Of a DNA stretch of 50,988 nucleotides, positions 8,715 through 17,451 are shown piece after piece. A program made the translations under genes and the position numbers. The notes under the pieces are model-generated. The model searched no databases, was not told the origin of the DNA, and saw only the letters and a list, made by a program, of their open reading frames with translations. Positions within the stretch are counted from its first letter, which is position 1, and every line of letters starts with the position of its first letter. Source of the stretch: an uncultured Clostridia bacterium (lineage in GTDB: Bacteria; Bacillota; Clostridia; UMGS1810); NCBI GenBank assembly GCA_937959315.1, contig CALGRC010000003.1, positions 1-50,988 of the forward strand, in the 5' to 3' direction.

Positions 8715-9980
8715 TTACTGCACCACGCTCAAAAGCGGGAACACCGTTGCAAAATCTGTGCAGGCGTCATCCCCCGGGATGCCGACCGCAGCCGCTTCTG
8801 CGCTGTCCTGCGTAATGGACTGCTCTGCCGACAGCGAAGCGTCGCCAATCTGTATGCTGGCGGTCGCCGTCCGGCTTTGCAGCACACCGCCGTTTACCAC
8901 CTTTTCTATGCTGATGCTGCCGGTCACATTGCCCATCTGGTCTGCGCTCGCGCCAACCGCCGCCGCAATGGCCCCCCGCAGCGCATCCTGCGAAATTTCC
9001 AGCCGGTAGGTGGTTGTGGTGCCCTCTTCGGACGTCTGGATGTTGGCGTCGGCAAACAGCGCACCGATATTTTCCACCGCTGCCTTCAGCAGGCTGTAAG
9101 TGGTGTTGTCCACCTGCGCCTCATTGGCCGTCAGCACGGGCGTCAAAGCGGTATTCAAGCCCTGCTGCACCGAAACCGGCAGCGTTATGCCGCCTGTTAC
9201 GGCAAAAAACTTGTCCGCCACATCAGAATCGGCTTTGATATAGCCCACCGCCCCGGTGGGGGACACAATCTGCTGCACCGCGTCGCTGAAACCGTCCACT
9301 GCCGCATACAGGTTTGTGCCGTTATAAAGGAGCGTCTGGCCGCCGGCTGTTGCGATCGACACCGCCGTGCCGTCGCCCGTCAGGGTTGCCTGGGTCACTT
9401 CGCTTTCTGTGCCGGTCATGCTGGCCTGCCCGCTGACGGTATAGCTGCCGACATATTCCGACAGCACCGTTTCCATAAACCGTTCGCTGTAAAGCGGCGC
9501 CTTTTGTGCCAGCGTACTTGCCAGCTCCTGATAGTCTATGATATTGACCTGCTTTTTGCCACCGTTCCAGCAAACGGCGTTGTCCAGCGCCTCGGCAATA
9601 AAGCGCACCGGCACCAGCGTGCGGTCGCCCTCGGCCAGGATGGGGGCAACGTCGCTTTTAAACGCATAAGCCTCCCCGCCCTTTTCCAGCGTGGCGTCCA
9701 CAGAGCCAATCTGCAAAGTAATGGTGCGCGCCGGATTATCAAGGTTTGCCGTAATGGTCTGGGTTTCGCCGGCATATGTAACCTCTGCGCCCAGCGCTTC
9801 AAAAATAAACCGGAAGGGCACCATGGTGCGGTCGTTGATCAGCTGCGGCTGCACGTCAAACTGCACCTGCTGCCCGTTGACATACACCGTGATGGGCGTA
9901 TCCTCTGCGGCGGCCGGCACAACTGTGCCGAACGCCATCAGCACACCCAGCGCCAGGCCGGCAATTTTATGCTTTTTCAT
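8715..9980 (-). CDS. secreted protein with copper-amine-oxidase N-terminal-like (stalk) repeats
   Basis: Signal peptide MKKHKIAGLALGVLMAFGTVVPAAA. There are two repeats of the V.VNG....D..P.....RT.VP.RFI.EALG type (DRTMVPFRFIFEALGA, DRTLVPVRFIAEALDN). The remaining ~270 aa were not recognised. Confidence 0.7.
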   Translation of the reverse strand: MKKHKIAGLALGVLMAFGTVVPAAAEDTPITVYVNGQQVQFDVQPQLINDRTMVPFRFIFEALGAEVTYAGETQTITANLDNPARTITLQIGSVDATLEKGGEAYAFKSDVAPILAEGDRTLVPVRFIAEALDNAVCWNGGKKQVNIIDYQELASTLAQKAPLYSERFMETVLSEYVGSYTVSGQASMTGTESEVTQATLTGDGTAVSIATAGGQTLLYNGTNLYAAVDGFSDAVQQIVSPTGAVGYIKADSDVADKFFAVTGGITLPVSVQQGLNTALTPVLTANEAQVDNTTYSLLKAAVENIGALFADANIQTSEEGTTTTYRLEISQDALRGAIAAAVGASADQMGNVTGSISIEKVVNGGVLQSRTATASIQIGDASLSAEQSITQDSAEAAAVGIPGDDACTDFATVFPLLSVVQ

Positions 9981-10146
9981 TTTTTTCAGCTCCTTTTGTC
10001 TGTGATTCTTTTATCATATACCGTTTTTGTTTTTTTTTCAAGTGGCAAATGATGAATACCAAAAACTTTGTATGGAAATACTGTTTTTATCGCCGGTTTT
10101 TTGGCAATATGCAAAAAACGGCAATTCGGAAAGGGGCGGTTTTTCC

Positions 10147-11403
10147 TTGTCAAAACTCATTGTCACCGGCGGCGGCCCGCTCAAAGGCGCCATCCGCATC
10201 AGCGGCGCAAAAAACAGCGCCCTGCCCATCCTAGCGGCCTGTATTTTAGCCGGCGGCCGGTGTACGCTGCACGATATCCCGCCGCTGGCAGACGTGGAAA
10301 ACATGCTCTCGCTGCTCACCTGTTTTGGGTGCGGCGTCTCCCGTGCCGGAGCCTCTGTCACCGTAGACCCCGCCGGCCTTACCAACACTATTTCCCCCTA
10401 TGAGCTGGTCAGCCGGTTCCGCGCGTCCTTTTTGGTCATGGGCCCGCTTTTGGCAAAGACAGGCAGCTGCCGCATCAGCCTGCCGGGCGGCTGCGCCATC
10501 GGCACCCGGCCGGTGGATTTGCATTTGAAGGGGTTTGCCGCCATGGGCGCGCGCATCAACCAGGGGCACGGGTATATCGAGGCGCGGGCGCGCAAGCTCA
10601 AAGGGGCAAAAATTTACTTGGATTTCCCGTCGGTGGGCGCCACCCAAAACCTGATGATGGCCGCCGCCCTGGCCGATGGGCAGACCACGCTGGAAAACGC
10701 CGCCACCGAACCGGAAGTTGCCGACCTGGCAAATTTTTTAAATGCCATCGGCGCAAATATTTTGGGCGCGGGCACCGACACGGTGCGCATCTACGGCGTT
10801 TCCGCCCTGCGCTGCGGCGAGCATACCATTATCCCCGACCGCATAGAGGCCGGCACTTTTTTGGCGGCCGCCGCCATCACCCATGGGCAGGTACGGCTGG
10901 AAAACACCTGCCGGGAGCACCTAAAGCCGGTATCGGCAAAGCTGCAGGAAATCGGCGCGCAGATTACCGACGGCGACGGCTTTACCGAACTGGACGCCCG
11001 CGGCAAATTCCATGCGTCCGATATCAAAACGCTGCCGTTCCCCGGCTTCCCCACCGACATGCAGGCGCAGTTTATGTCGCTCATGAGCGTGGTGGACGGT
11101 ACCAGCATCATCACCGAAACGGTGTTTGAAAACCGCTTCCTGCACGTACCGGAACTTACGCGCATGAACGCCAATATCAAAATTGACGGGCGTACCGCTG
11201 TAATTGAAGGGGAAAAACAGCTCACCGGCGCGCAGGTGCGCGCCACCGACCTGCGGGCGGGCGCGGCGCTTGCCATTGCGGCGCTCGCCGCACGGGGGGA
11301 AACTGAAATTTCCGACGCACAGCACATCTATCGCGGCTACGACCGGTTTGAAGAAAAACTGGCCGCACTCGGCGCGCAAATCCGCCTGGATACCTGCGAT
11401 TGA
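10147..11403 (+). CDS. murA: UDP-N-acetylglucosamine 1-carboxyvinyltransferase
   Basis: The sequence contains KLIVTGGGPLKGAIRISGAKNSALPILAA and the active-site loop LPGGCAIGTRPVDLHLKG, with about 418 aa in total. A TTG 10147 start is inferred from alignment logic and an upstream GAAAGGGG; the longer ORF from 10027 is unlikely. Confidence 0.92.
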   Translation: MSKLIVTGGGPLKGAIRISGAKNSALPILAACILAGGRCTLHDIPPLADVENMLSLLTCFGCGVSRAGASVTVDPAGLTNTISPYELVSRFRASFLVMGPLLAKTGSCRISLPGGCAIGTRPVDLHLKGFAAMGARINQGHGYIEARARKLKGAKIYLDFPSVGATQNLMMAAALADGQTTLENAATEPEVADLANFLNAIGANILGAGTDTVRIYGVSALRCGEHTIIPDRIEAGTFLAAAAITHGQVRLENTCREHLKPVSAKLQEIGAQITDGDGFTELDARGKFHASDIKTLPFPGFPTDMQAQFMSLMSVVDGTSIITETVFENRFLHVPELTRMNANIKIDGRTAVIEGEKQLTGAQVRATDLRAGAALAIAALAARGETEISDAQHIYRGYDRFEEKLAALGAQIRLDTCD

Positions 11404-11414
11404 AAAATTAGCTG

Positions 11415-11443
11415 TTGACAAATGGTGGGGGATATTATATAAT
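11415..11443 (+). promoter_or_regulatory. consensus sigma-A promoter for the rpmH operon
   Basis: TTGACA (11415-11420), an exact 17-nt spacer, then TATAAT (11438-11443), about 95 nt upstream of rpmH. Confidence 0.8.
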
Positions 11444-11536
11444 ATGACTGTTTTTAAACTGGCCTTAGGGGGATGTTATGCCCTAAAATGAGGGCAGACG
11501 TATCCGTTACGATAGCAAAGGGGAGGTGTTTCACTC

Positions 11537-11671
11537 GTGAAAAGAACATATCAGCCAAACGTCCGCCACCGCAGTAAAGTCCACGGGTTCCGTGCCAGAA
11601 TGAGCACGGCGAACGGCAGAAAGGTACTGGCGCGCAGAAGGCTCAAAGGCCGCAAAGTACTGTCGGCTTAA
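11537..11671 (+). CDS. rpmH: 50S ribosomal protein L34
   Basis: Absent from the ORF track because it is under 60 aa. GTG 11537 follows GGGAGGTG and the product is [44 protein letters not shown], the canonical L34 sequence. Confidence 0.97.
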   Translation: MKRTYQPNVRHRSKVHGFRARMSTANGRKVLARRRLKGRKVLSA

Positions 11672-11685
11672 AACAGGACGGGAAA

Positions 11686-11711
11686 GAGACCACGGACATG
11701 TGGTCTTTTTT
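11686..11711 (+). terminator. intrinsic-terminator-like hairpin between rpmH and rnpA
   Basis: GACCAC / GGACAT / GTGGTC followed by TTTTTT, 15 nt after the rpmH stop and 23 nt before the rnpA ATG. Confidence 0.6.
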
Positions 11712-11733
11712 AAAATCAGGAGAAGTATCCATC

Positions 11734-12063
11734 ATGAAAGGGACCATCAAAGAAAACCGGGATTTTTGCTATGGATACCGCCGCGGGAAAAAGGTGGTGT
11801 CCCATGCAATGGTGCTGCACTATTACCCCAACCGTACCGGGGAAACCAAACTCGGCATTACCGTATCCAAGGCAGTGGGGAAGGCGGTGAAGCGCAACCG
11901 CGCCAAACGGCTGGTGCGCGCCTGTTTCCAGGCGGCAAAGCCGCATATAAAACCCGGCTACAATATTATCATCGTTGCGCGCACTGTGCTGGCGCATATG
12001 AAACAGTGCGATGCAATGGCCAATTTGGAATACTGTTTAAAAAAATCGGAGCTGATGAAATGA
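11734..12063 (+). CDS. rnpA: ribonuclease P protein component
   Basis: ATG 11734 follows AGGAG. The protein begins [21 protein letters not shown] and contains ..[23 protein letters not shown] (RNR motif). It sits after rpmH. Confidence 0.92.
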   Translation: MKGTIKENRDFCYGYRRGKKVVSHAMVLHYYPNRTGETKLGITVSKAVGKAVKRNRAKRLVRACFQAAKPHIKPGYNIIIVARTVLAHMKQCDAMANLEYCLKKSELMK

Positions 12064-12281
12064 AAACCCTGCCAAAACGGCTGTTTCTGTGGCTTATCCG
12101 GTTTTACCGCACAGCCATTTCGCCCTATAAAAAACCTTGCTGCCGGTTTGTGCCCACCTGCTCGCAGTATGCGTTGGAAGCGGTGGAAAAGTACGGCGCA
12201 TGGAAGGGTGGGTACCTGGCCGTCCGCCGATTACTCAAATGCCATCCCTTTCACAAGGGCGGCTACGACCCGGTTGGATAA
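12060..12281 (+). CDS. yidD: membrane protein insertion efficiency factor YidD
   Basis: ATG 12060 overlaps the rnpA stop (ATGA). The sequence [53 protein letters not shown] is the YidD signature. Confidence 0.92.
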   Translation: MKTLPKRLFLWLIRFYRTAISPYKKPCCRFVPTCSQYALEAVEKYGAWKGGYLAVRRLLKCHPFHKGGYDPVG

Positions 12282-12306
12282 CCGGCATACTTTGGAGGTT
12301 TAGACT

Positions 12307-13224
12307 TTGAGTATTTTCAGTATTTTAATTACCAACCCCCTGGGCTATATACTGGGGTTTATTTACAATTTCACCCTTAATTACGGCTGGGCGCTGGTGA
12401 TATTTACCATTTTAATCAAGCTCATTTTGCTGCCGCTGGGCTTAAAGCAGCAAAAGTCCATGACGCGCATGCAGTTTGTCCAGCCAAAGATGGCGGAAAT
12501 CCAGGAAAAATACAAAAACGACAAAAACAAGCAGTCGGAAGAAATGATGAAGCTGTACAAGGAATACAAGGTCAGCCCCATGGGCGGCTGCCTGCCGCTG
12601 CTGATCCAGCTTCCCATCCTGTACGGCCTGTATTGGGTTATCCGCGAGCCGCTGCGTTATATGCTGCACATCCCCATGGACCAAATCAACCAGATGATTG
12701 CCGACGGCGGTTTTTCCGGCTATAATGCGCAGATTTTGGTGGCCCACGCGCAAAACCTCATCAATTTCAACTTCCTGGGCCTGGATTTGTCCGCCCAGCC
12801 TGAGCTCACCAAGCCAAGCTGGCTGTGGCTGATCCCGCTTTTAGCCGGTGTGACCACCTTTTTAACCAGTAAGGTCACAACCTGGATGAATAAAAAAGAT
12901 ACCGACAAAGCCAAGAAAGAGGAAGAAAAGAAACCGCAGCGGGTGCTCAACCCCGATCAGAAGCAGCAGCCGGGCGCCGGCCAGACCGAAGGTATGATGA
13001 AGGGGATGCTGTATTTTATGCCGCTCATGACGCTGTGGATTACCTTTACCGTACCGGCCGCACTGGGTGTTTACTGGACCATCAGCAACATTTTGTCGCT
13101 GCTGCAAACCCTTGTGCTCAACGGGTATTATGCCAAAAAACTCAAGACGGAATACGCCGCGCTGGAGGAGCAAAAGGAACTGGAACGGCAAGAGCGCGCA
13201 AAACGAAAGAAAAGAAGGGGGTAA
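12307..13224 (+). CDS. yidC: membrane protein insertase YidC/SpoIIIJ
   Basis: TTG 12307 is 8 nt after GGAGG. The Oxa1/YidC core is present (LLPLGLKQQKSMTRMQFVQPKMAEIQEKYKND...MGGCLPLLIQLPIL), followed by a basic C-terminal tail. Confidence 0.92.
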   Translation: MSIFSILITNPLGYILGFIYNFTLNYGWALVIFTILIKLILLPLGLKQQKSMTRMQFVQPKMAEIQEKYKNDKNKQSEEMMKLYKEYKVSPMGGCLPLLIQLPILYGLYWVIREPLRYMLHIPMDQINQMIADGGFSGYNAQILVAHAQNLINFNFLGLDLSAQPELTKPSWLWLIPLLAGVTTFLTSKVTTWMNKKDTDKAKKEEEKKPQRVLNPDQKQQPGAGQTEGMMKGMLYFMPLMTLWITFTVPAALGVYWTISNILSLLQTLVLNGYYAKKLKTEYAALEEQKELERQERAKRKKRRG

Positions 13225-13230
13225 GCGGCC

Positions 13231-13866
13231 GTGAAAACTGTTGAAAAAACGGCAAAAACCGTAGAAGAAGCCATTGCAGAGGCGCTGGCAGAACTGCACG
13301 CCGAACAAGGCGATGTGGAAATTGAAGTGCTGGACGAAGGGGAAAAAGGATTCCTGGGGTTTGGAAAAAAGGAAGCGCGGGTGCGGGTGACCGAAAAGCC
13401 CAACGCCGAAAAACGCATCAAAGAATTTTTAAACGGCCTGTTTGCCATTGCAGGCGAGGATGTGACGGTAACCGTATCGCAGGCGGACGACCGTATGGTC
13501 GCAGACCTGTCCGGACCGGATATGGGCATTGTCATCGGCAAGCGCGGCGAAACGTTGGACGCCTTGCAGCATCTGACCAGCCTGTACGTCAACCGCGGGG
13601 ACGCGGAATTTGTGCATTTGACGCTGGACTGTGAAAATTACCGGGCAAAACGGGCAAAATCACTTGAGTCGTTTGCGGCAAATGTGGCGGCAAAGGTCGC
13701 CAAAACACGCCGGACGGTGACGCTTGAGCCCATGAGCGCCTATGAACGGCGGATCATCCATGCGTCGCTGCAAAACCATCCGGACGTAACCACCTACAGC
13801 ACCGGCCAAGGGCCTGGGCGGCGGGTTGTCGTCTGCCTGAAATCCAAGGCGCCAAAAACCAACTGA
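13231..13866 (+). CDS. jag: Jag/KhpB RNA-binding protein (Jag_N + KH + R3H)
   Basis: GTG 13231. Jag_N region: KTVEEAIAEALAELHAEQGDVEIEVLDEGEKGFLGFGKK. KH-like region: GIVIGKRGETLDALQHL. R3H region: LEPMSAYERRIIHASL. Confidence 0.9.
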   Translation: MKTVEKTAKTVEEAIAEALAELHAEQGDVEIEVLDEGEKGFLGFGKKEARVRVTEKPNAEKRIKEFLNGLFAIAGEDVTVTVSQADDRMVADLSGPDMGIVIGKRGETLDALQHLTSLYVNRGDAEFVHLTLDCENYRAKRAKSLESFAANVAAKVAKTRRTVTLEPMSAYERRIIHASLQNHPDVTTYSTGQGPGRRVVVCLKSKAPKTN

Positions 13867-13874
13867 CGTATACC

Positions 13875-13898
13875 AGCGGCCGCATGGCCGCTTTTTTC
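13875..13898 (+). terminator. rho-independent terminator
   Basis: AGCGGCC / GCAT / GGCCGCT followed by TTTTTT. Confidence 0.7.
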
Positions 13899-13941
13899 TT
13901 AGGCGTACCCCATCATTTTTCAATTTTCCGGAGGAATTGCC

Positions 13942-15318
13942 ATGCCTTACCCATCCCAAACTGATACCATTGCCGCCATATCCACCCCCTACGGCACGGG
14001 GGGGATTGCGGTCATCCGCGTCAGCGGCGCCCAAGCCATTTCCATAGCGGACAAGCTCTACCGCGGCAAAGCGCCGCTTTCCCAGGCGGGCAGCCATACC
14101 GTCTGCTACGGCGGCATTTATGAAGACGGCGCGCGGCTGGACGAGGTGCTGGCTACGGTGCTGCGCGCACCGCGCACCTACACGCGGGAGGATACGGTGG
14201 AAATTAGCTGCCACGGCGGGATATGCTGTGCCAACCAGGTATTGTCGGCCGTGCTGCGCGCCGGCGCGCGGCTGGCTGAGCCAGGGGAGTTTACCAAGCG
14301 CGCCTATTTTAACGGGCGCATCGATTTGACAGAGGCCGAGGCGATTTTGGGGCTGATACAGGCCAAAACCCCCCGCGGCTGCCGGGCGGCGGTCCATCAG
14401 ATGGGCGGGGCGCTGTCTGACCGGATTGGCCGGATACGGAACAGCCTGCTGTCCCTCTCTGCGCACGTACAGGTGCTGTGCGACTACCCCGACGAGGGGT
14501 TGGAACCGCTGTCCGACCAGGCGTTTGCCATGCGGCTGGACAATTGCAGGCAGGCGCTGCATGCATTGCTTGCGGCGGCCGACCGCGGCCGGATTGTCCG
14601 GGACGGCATCGATACGGTGATCGCCGGCCGGCCAAACGTGGGGAAATCCTCGCTGCTGAATTTGCTGTGCGGCAGCGAACGCGCCATTGTAACCGACATT
14701 GCAGGCACCACCCGCGACACGCTGGAAGAGAGCGTCACGCTGGGCGGGCTGCTGCTGAAGCTGTCCGACACCGCCGGCATCCGCGATACCGACGAGGCAG
14801 TGGAAGCCATTGGCGTACAGCGCGCGCGGGAACGGCTGGGGCAGGCGGCGCTCATCCTATACCTGGTGGACGGTTCGGAACCGGAAAACCCGGAGGATGT
14901 ACAGCTATTATCCACATTGCCGCCCCAAACCACCATTTTGCTGCGCAACAAAGCGGACAAGGGCTGTGCGCTGGAAAAAAACGCCTTTCCCAGCTTCCCG
15001 CACCAGCTTGCCTTTTCTGCCAAAACCGGGCAGGGGCTGGATAAGCTGGAACATCTGGTGACGGCGCTGTTTTTGGAGCAGGACGGCCTATCATCGCCCG
15101 ACGACGCCGTTTTGCTCAGTGTACGGGCGCGCGCGGCGGCAGAGCAGGCGCTGTCCTGCGTTTGCGACGCCCAGCAGGGCATGGCGGACGGCTTTTCGCC
15201 CGACACCGTCGTGCTGGACATTGAAGCCGCCATTGGGCATTTGGGCGAGGTGGACGGCAAATCGGTCAATGAAGAGGTGGTAGATGCCATGTTCCACCAA
15301 TTTTGCGTAGGAAAGTAA
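13942..15318 (+). CDS. mnmE: tRNA uridine-5-carboxymethylaminomethyl modification GTPase
   Basis: G-domain motifs GRPNVGKSSLLN, DTAGIR and NKAD are present, and the C-terminal FCVGK matches the C(I/V)GK motif. Confidence 0.95.
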   Translation: MPYPSQTDTIAAISTPYGTGGIAVIRVSGAQAISIADKLYRGKAPLSQAGSHTVCYGGIYEDGARLDEVLATVLRAPRTYTREDTVEISCHGGICCANQVLSAVLRAGARLAEPGEFTKRAYFNGRIDLTEAEAILGLIQAKTPRGCRAAVHQMGGALSDRIGRIRNSLLSLSAHVQVLCDYPDEGLEPLSDQAFAMRLDNCRQALHALLAAADRGRIVRDGIDTVIAGRPNVGKSSLLNLLCGSERAIVTDIAGTTRDTLEESVTLGGLLLKLSDTAGIRDTDEAVEAIGVQRARERLGQAALILYLVDGSEPENPEDVQLLSTLPPQTTILLRNKADKGCALEKNAFPSFPHQLAFSAKTGQGLDKLEHLVTALFLEQDGLSSPDDAVLLSVRARAAAEQALSCVCDAQQGMADGFSPDTVVLDIEAAIGHLGEVDGKSVNEEVVDAMFHQFCVGK

Positions 15319-15330
15319 GGGGGGCTGTTT

Positions 15331-17208
15331 GTGCAGGAATATCAGGCGGGAAGCTATGACATTGCGGTCATCGGCGGCGGGCATGCCGGGTGTGAGGCGG
15401 CGCTGGCCGCCGCGCGCATGGGCTGCCGCGTCATCTTATTTTCCATCAATTTAGACACCATTGCCAATATGGCCTGCAACCCGTGCATCGGCGGTACGGC
15501 AAAGGGGCACCTGGTACGCGAAATTGACGCGCTGGGCGGCGAGATGGGCAAAGTGGCCGACAAGACCATGATCCAATCCAAACTGCTGGGGCGCAGCAAG
15601 GGCCCGGCGGTCTATTCGCTGCGCGCGCAGGCCGACCGGCGCGCCTACCAGCAGGAGATGAAGCACCGGCTGGAACGGCAGCAAAACCTGGATGTCAAGC
15701 AGGCGGAAATTGTGGACATCGGGTTTGAAAAGGGCGCGGTGTGCTCGGTGCTGACCCATTTGGGCGCACGCTATGCCGTCAAGGCGGCCATTGTCGCCAC
15801 CGGCACCTTTTTAAAGGGGACGGTACATATCGGCGAGGTAAGCTACCCATCCGGGCCGGACGGGGTGTTCCCCTCCGGGCCGCTGTCCGGCTGCCTGCGG
15901 GCGGCCGGCGTACCGCTTATGCGGTTTAAAACGGGGACGCCGGCACGTATCAACAAAAACAGCGTGGATTTTTCCAAAATGGAACCCCAATATGGAGACG
16001 ACCAGATTACGCCGTTTTCATTTGAAACGGAAACCCCAGGCAAAAACCAGGTGCTGTGCTACCTCACCTATACCACGCCCGAAACCAAACGGATCATTTT
16101 GGACAACCTGCACCGTTCCCCGCTCTACAGCGGCCGGATTGAAGGGGTGGGGCCGCGCTACTGCCCATCCATTGAGGATAAGATGGTGCGGTTCCCCGAC
16201 AAAGAGCGGCACCAGATATTCATTGAACCCATGGGGCTGGACACCGACGAGCTGTATGTGCAGGGGCTGTCCTCCAGCCTGCCGGAGGAGGTGCAGGAAG
16301 CCTTTTTACACACCATCCCGGGGCTGGAACACGCGGTGGTGCAGCGCACCGCCTATGCCATCGAATACGACTGCACCGACGCCACCGCGCTGTATGCGAC
16401 CTTGGAATTTAAAGGCCACCCGGGCCTGTACGGCGCCGGGCAGTTCAACGGCAGTTCTGGCTACGAGGAAGCCGCCGCGCAGGGGCTTATCGCCGGCATC
16501 AACGCGGCGCGGAAAATCCAAGGCAAACCGCCCTTTACCTTAACGCGCGCCGAAAGCTATATCGGTACGCTGATTGACGACCTGACGGTAAAGGGCACCA
16601 ACGAGCCCTACCGTATGCTGACTTCCCGCAGCGAATACCGCCTGCTGCTGCGGCAGGACAATGCCGACCTGCGCCTGACCGAAAAAGGGCATATGCTGGG
16701 GCTCATTTCTGACAGCCGGTATGAGAGGTTCCTGCAAAAAAAACAAGCGATAGAAGCCGAAATTAAGCGCGTGACGCACACCAGCGTCCCGCCGTCCGAC
16801 GCGGTCAACCAATTCCTTGCCGCGCACGGCAGCACACCCATTTCCACCGGGATTGGCTTAACAGACCTTTTGCGCCGGCCGGAGCTCACCTATGCGCTGT
16901 GCGCGCCCATCGACCCAGGCCGTCCCGCCTTGCCGCCCGCCGTGGCGGAACAGGTGTATATCCAAATCAAATACGAAGGGTATATCAAAAAACAGCTAGC
17001 GCAGGTAGAGCGGTTCCGTCAGCTAGAAGAAAAACCGCTGCCGCCGGACCTGGATTATACCGGTATCCCGGGCCTGCGCACAGAAGCGGTACAGAAGCTC
17101 ACCGCCCAGCGCCCGCAGACAGCCAGGCAGGCAGCGCGCATCTCCGGCGTATCCCCCGCCGACCTGGACGCCATACTTATCCATTTAAAAGCAAAAAAAT
17201 CCCGTTAA
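15331..17208 (+). CDS. mnmG: tRNA uridine 5-carboxymethylaminomethyl modification enzyme (FAD-dependent)
   Basis: GTG 15331. The FAD fold YDIAVIGGGHAGCEAALAAARMG is present, along with CNPCIGG and GQFNGSSGYEEAAAQGLIAG. 625 aa. Confidence 0.96.
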   Translation: MQEYQAGSYDIAVIGGGHAGCEAALAAARMGCRVILFSINLDTIANMACNPCIGGTAKGHLVREIDALGGEMGKVADKTMIQSKLLGRSKGPAVYSLRAQADRRAYQQEMKHRLERQQNLDVKQAEIVDIGFEKGAVCSVLTHLGARYAVKAAIVATGTFLKGTVHIGEVSYPSGPDGVFPSGPLSGCLRAAGVPLMRFKTGTPARINKNSVDFSKMEPQYGDDQITPFSFETETPGKNQVLCYLTYTTPETKRIILDNLHRSPLYSGRIEGVGPRYCPSIEDKMVRFPDKERHQIFIEPMGLDTDELYVQGLSSSLPEEVQEAFLHTIPGLEHAVVQRTAYAIEYDCTDATALYATLEFKGHPGLYGAGQFNGSSGYEEAAAQGLIAGINAARKIQGKPPFTLTRAESYIGTLIDDLTVKGTNEPYRMLTSRSEYRLLLRQDNADLRLTEKGHMLGLISDSRYERFLQKKQAIEAEIKRVTHTSVPPSDAVNQFLAAHGSTPISTGIGLTDLLRRPELTYALCAPIDPGRPALPPAVAEQVYIQIKYEGYIKKQLAQVERFRQLEEKPLPPDLDYTGIPGLRTEAVQKLTAQRPQTARQAARISGVSPADLDAILIHLKAKKSR

Positions 17209-17221
17209 AACGGGATTTTTT
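17193..17221 (+). terminator. rho-independent terminator overlapping the mnmG stop
   Basis: ATCCCG / TTAAAA / CGGGAT followed by TTTTT. The stop codon lies in the loop. Confidence 0.75.
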
Positions 17222-17226
17222 AATAT

Positions 17227-17430
17227 TGTGGATATCCAGGCCCGCCCTATGCACAATGGGAATAGCGTTGTGGAAATTTATCCTCTTTTTTTGAAAAGGG
17301 TGTTGATAAATATGCTGAAATCTGGTACAATTAATAAGGAAATTTTTTTTACAGCATTGTGGAAAAAAACCTGTGGAAACCCTGTATTTATCCACATTTT
17401 GTGCGAAACTGTGGATAAGTTTGTGGATAA
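17227..17430. other. oriC part 1: DnaA-box cluster upstream of dnaA
   Basis: There are seven 9-mers. Perfect TTATCCACA/TGTGGATAA boxes lie at 17388-17396, 17410-17418 and 17422-17430. One- or two-mismatch boxes lie at 17227-17235 (TGTGGATAT), 17269-17277 (TGTGGAAAT), 17358-17366 (TGTGGAAAA) and 17372-17380 (TGTGGAAAC). Confidence 0.88.
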
Positions 17431-17451
17431 CTTGATATACGGAGGCCGAAC

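Noticed and set aside
8562-10052. 496-aa ORF on the + strand
   Set aside because: It is antisense to a gene with a clear signal peptide and domain repeats (8715-9980) and runs over the FMN riboswitch. It has an Arg/Cys/His-rich low-complexity composition and no RBS, as is typical of shadow ORFs in GC-rich DNA.
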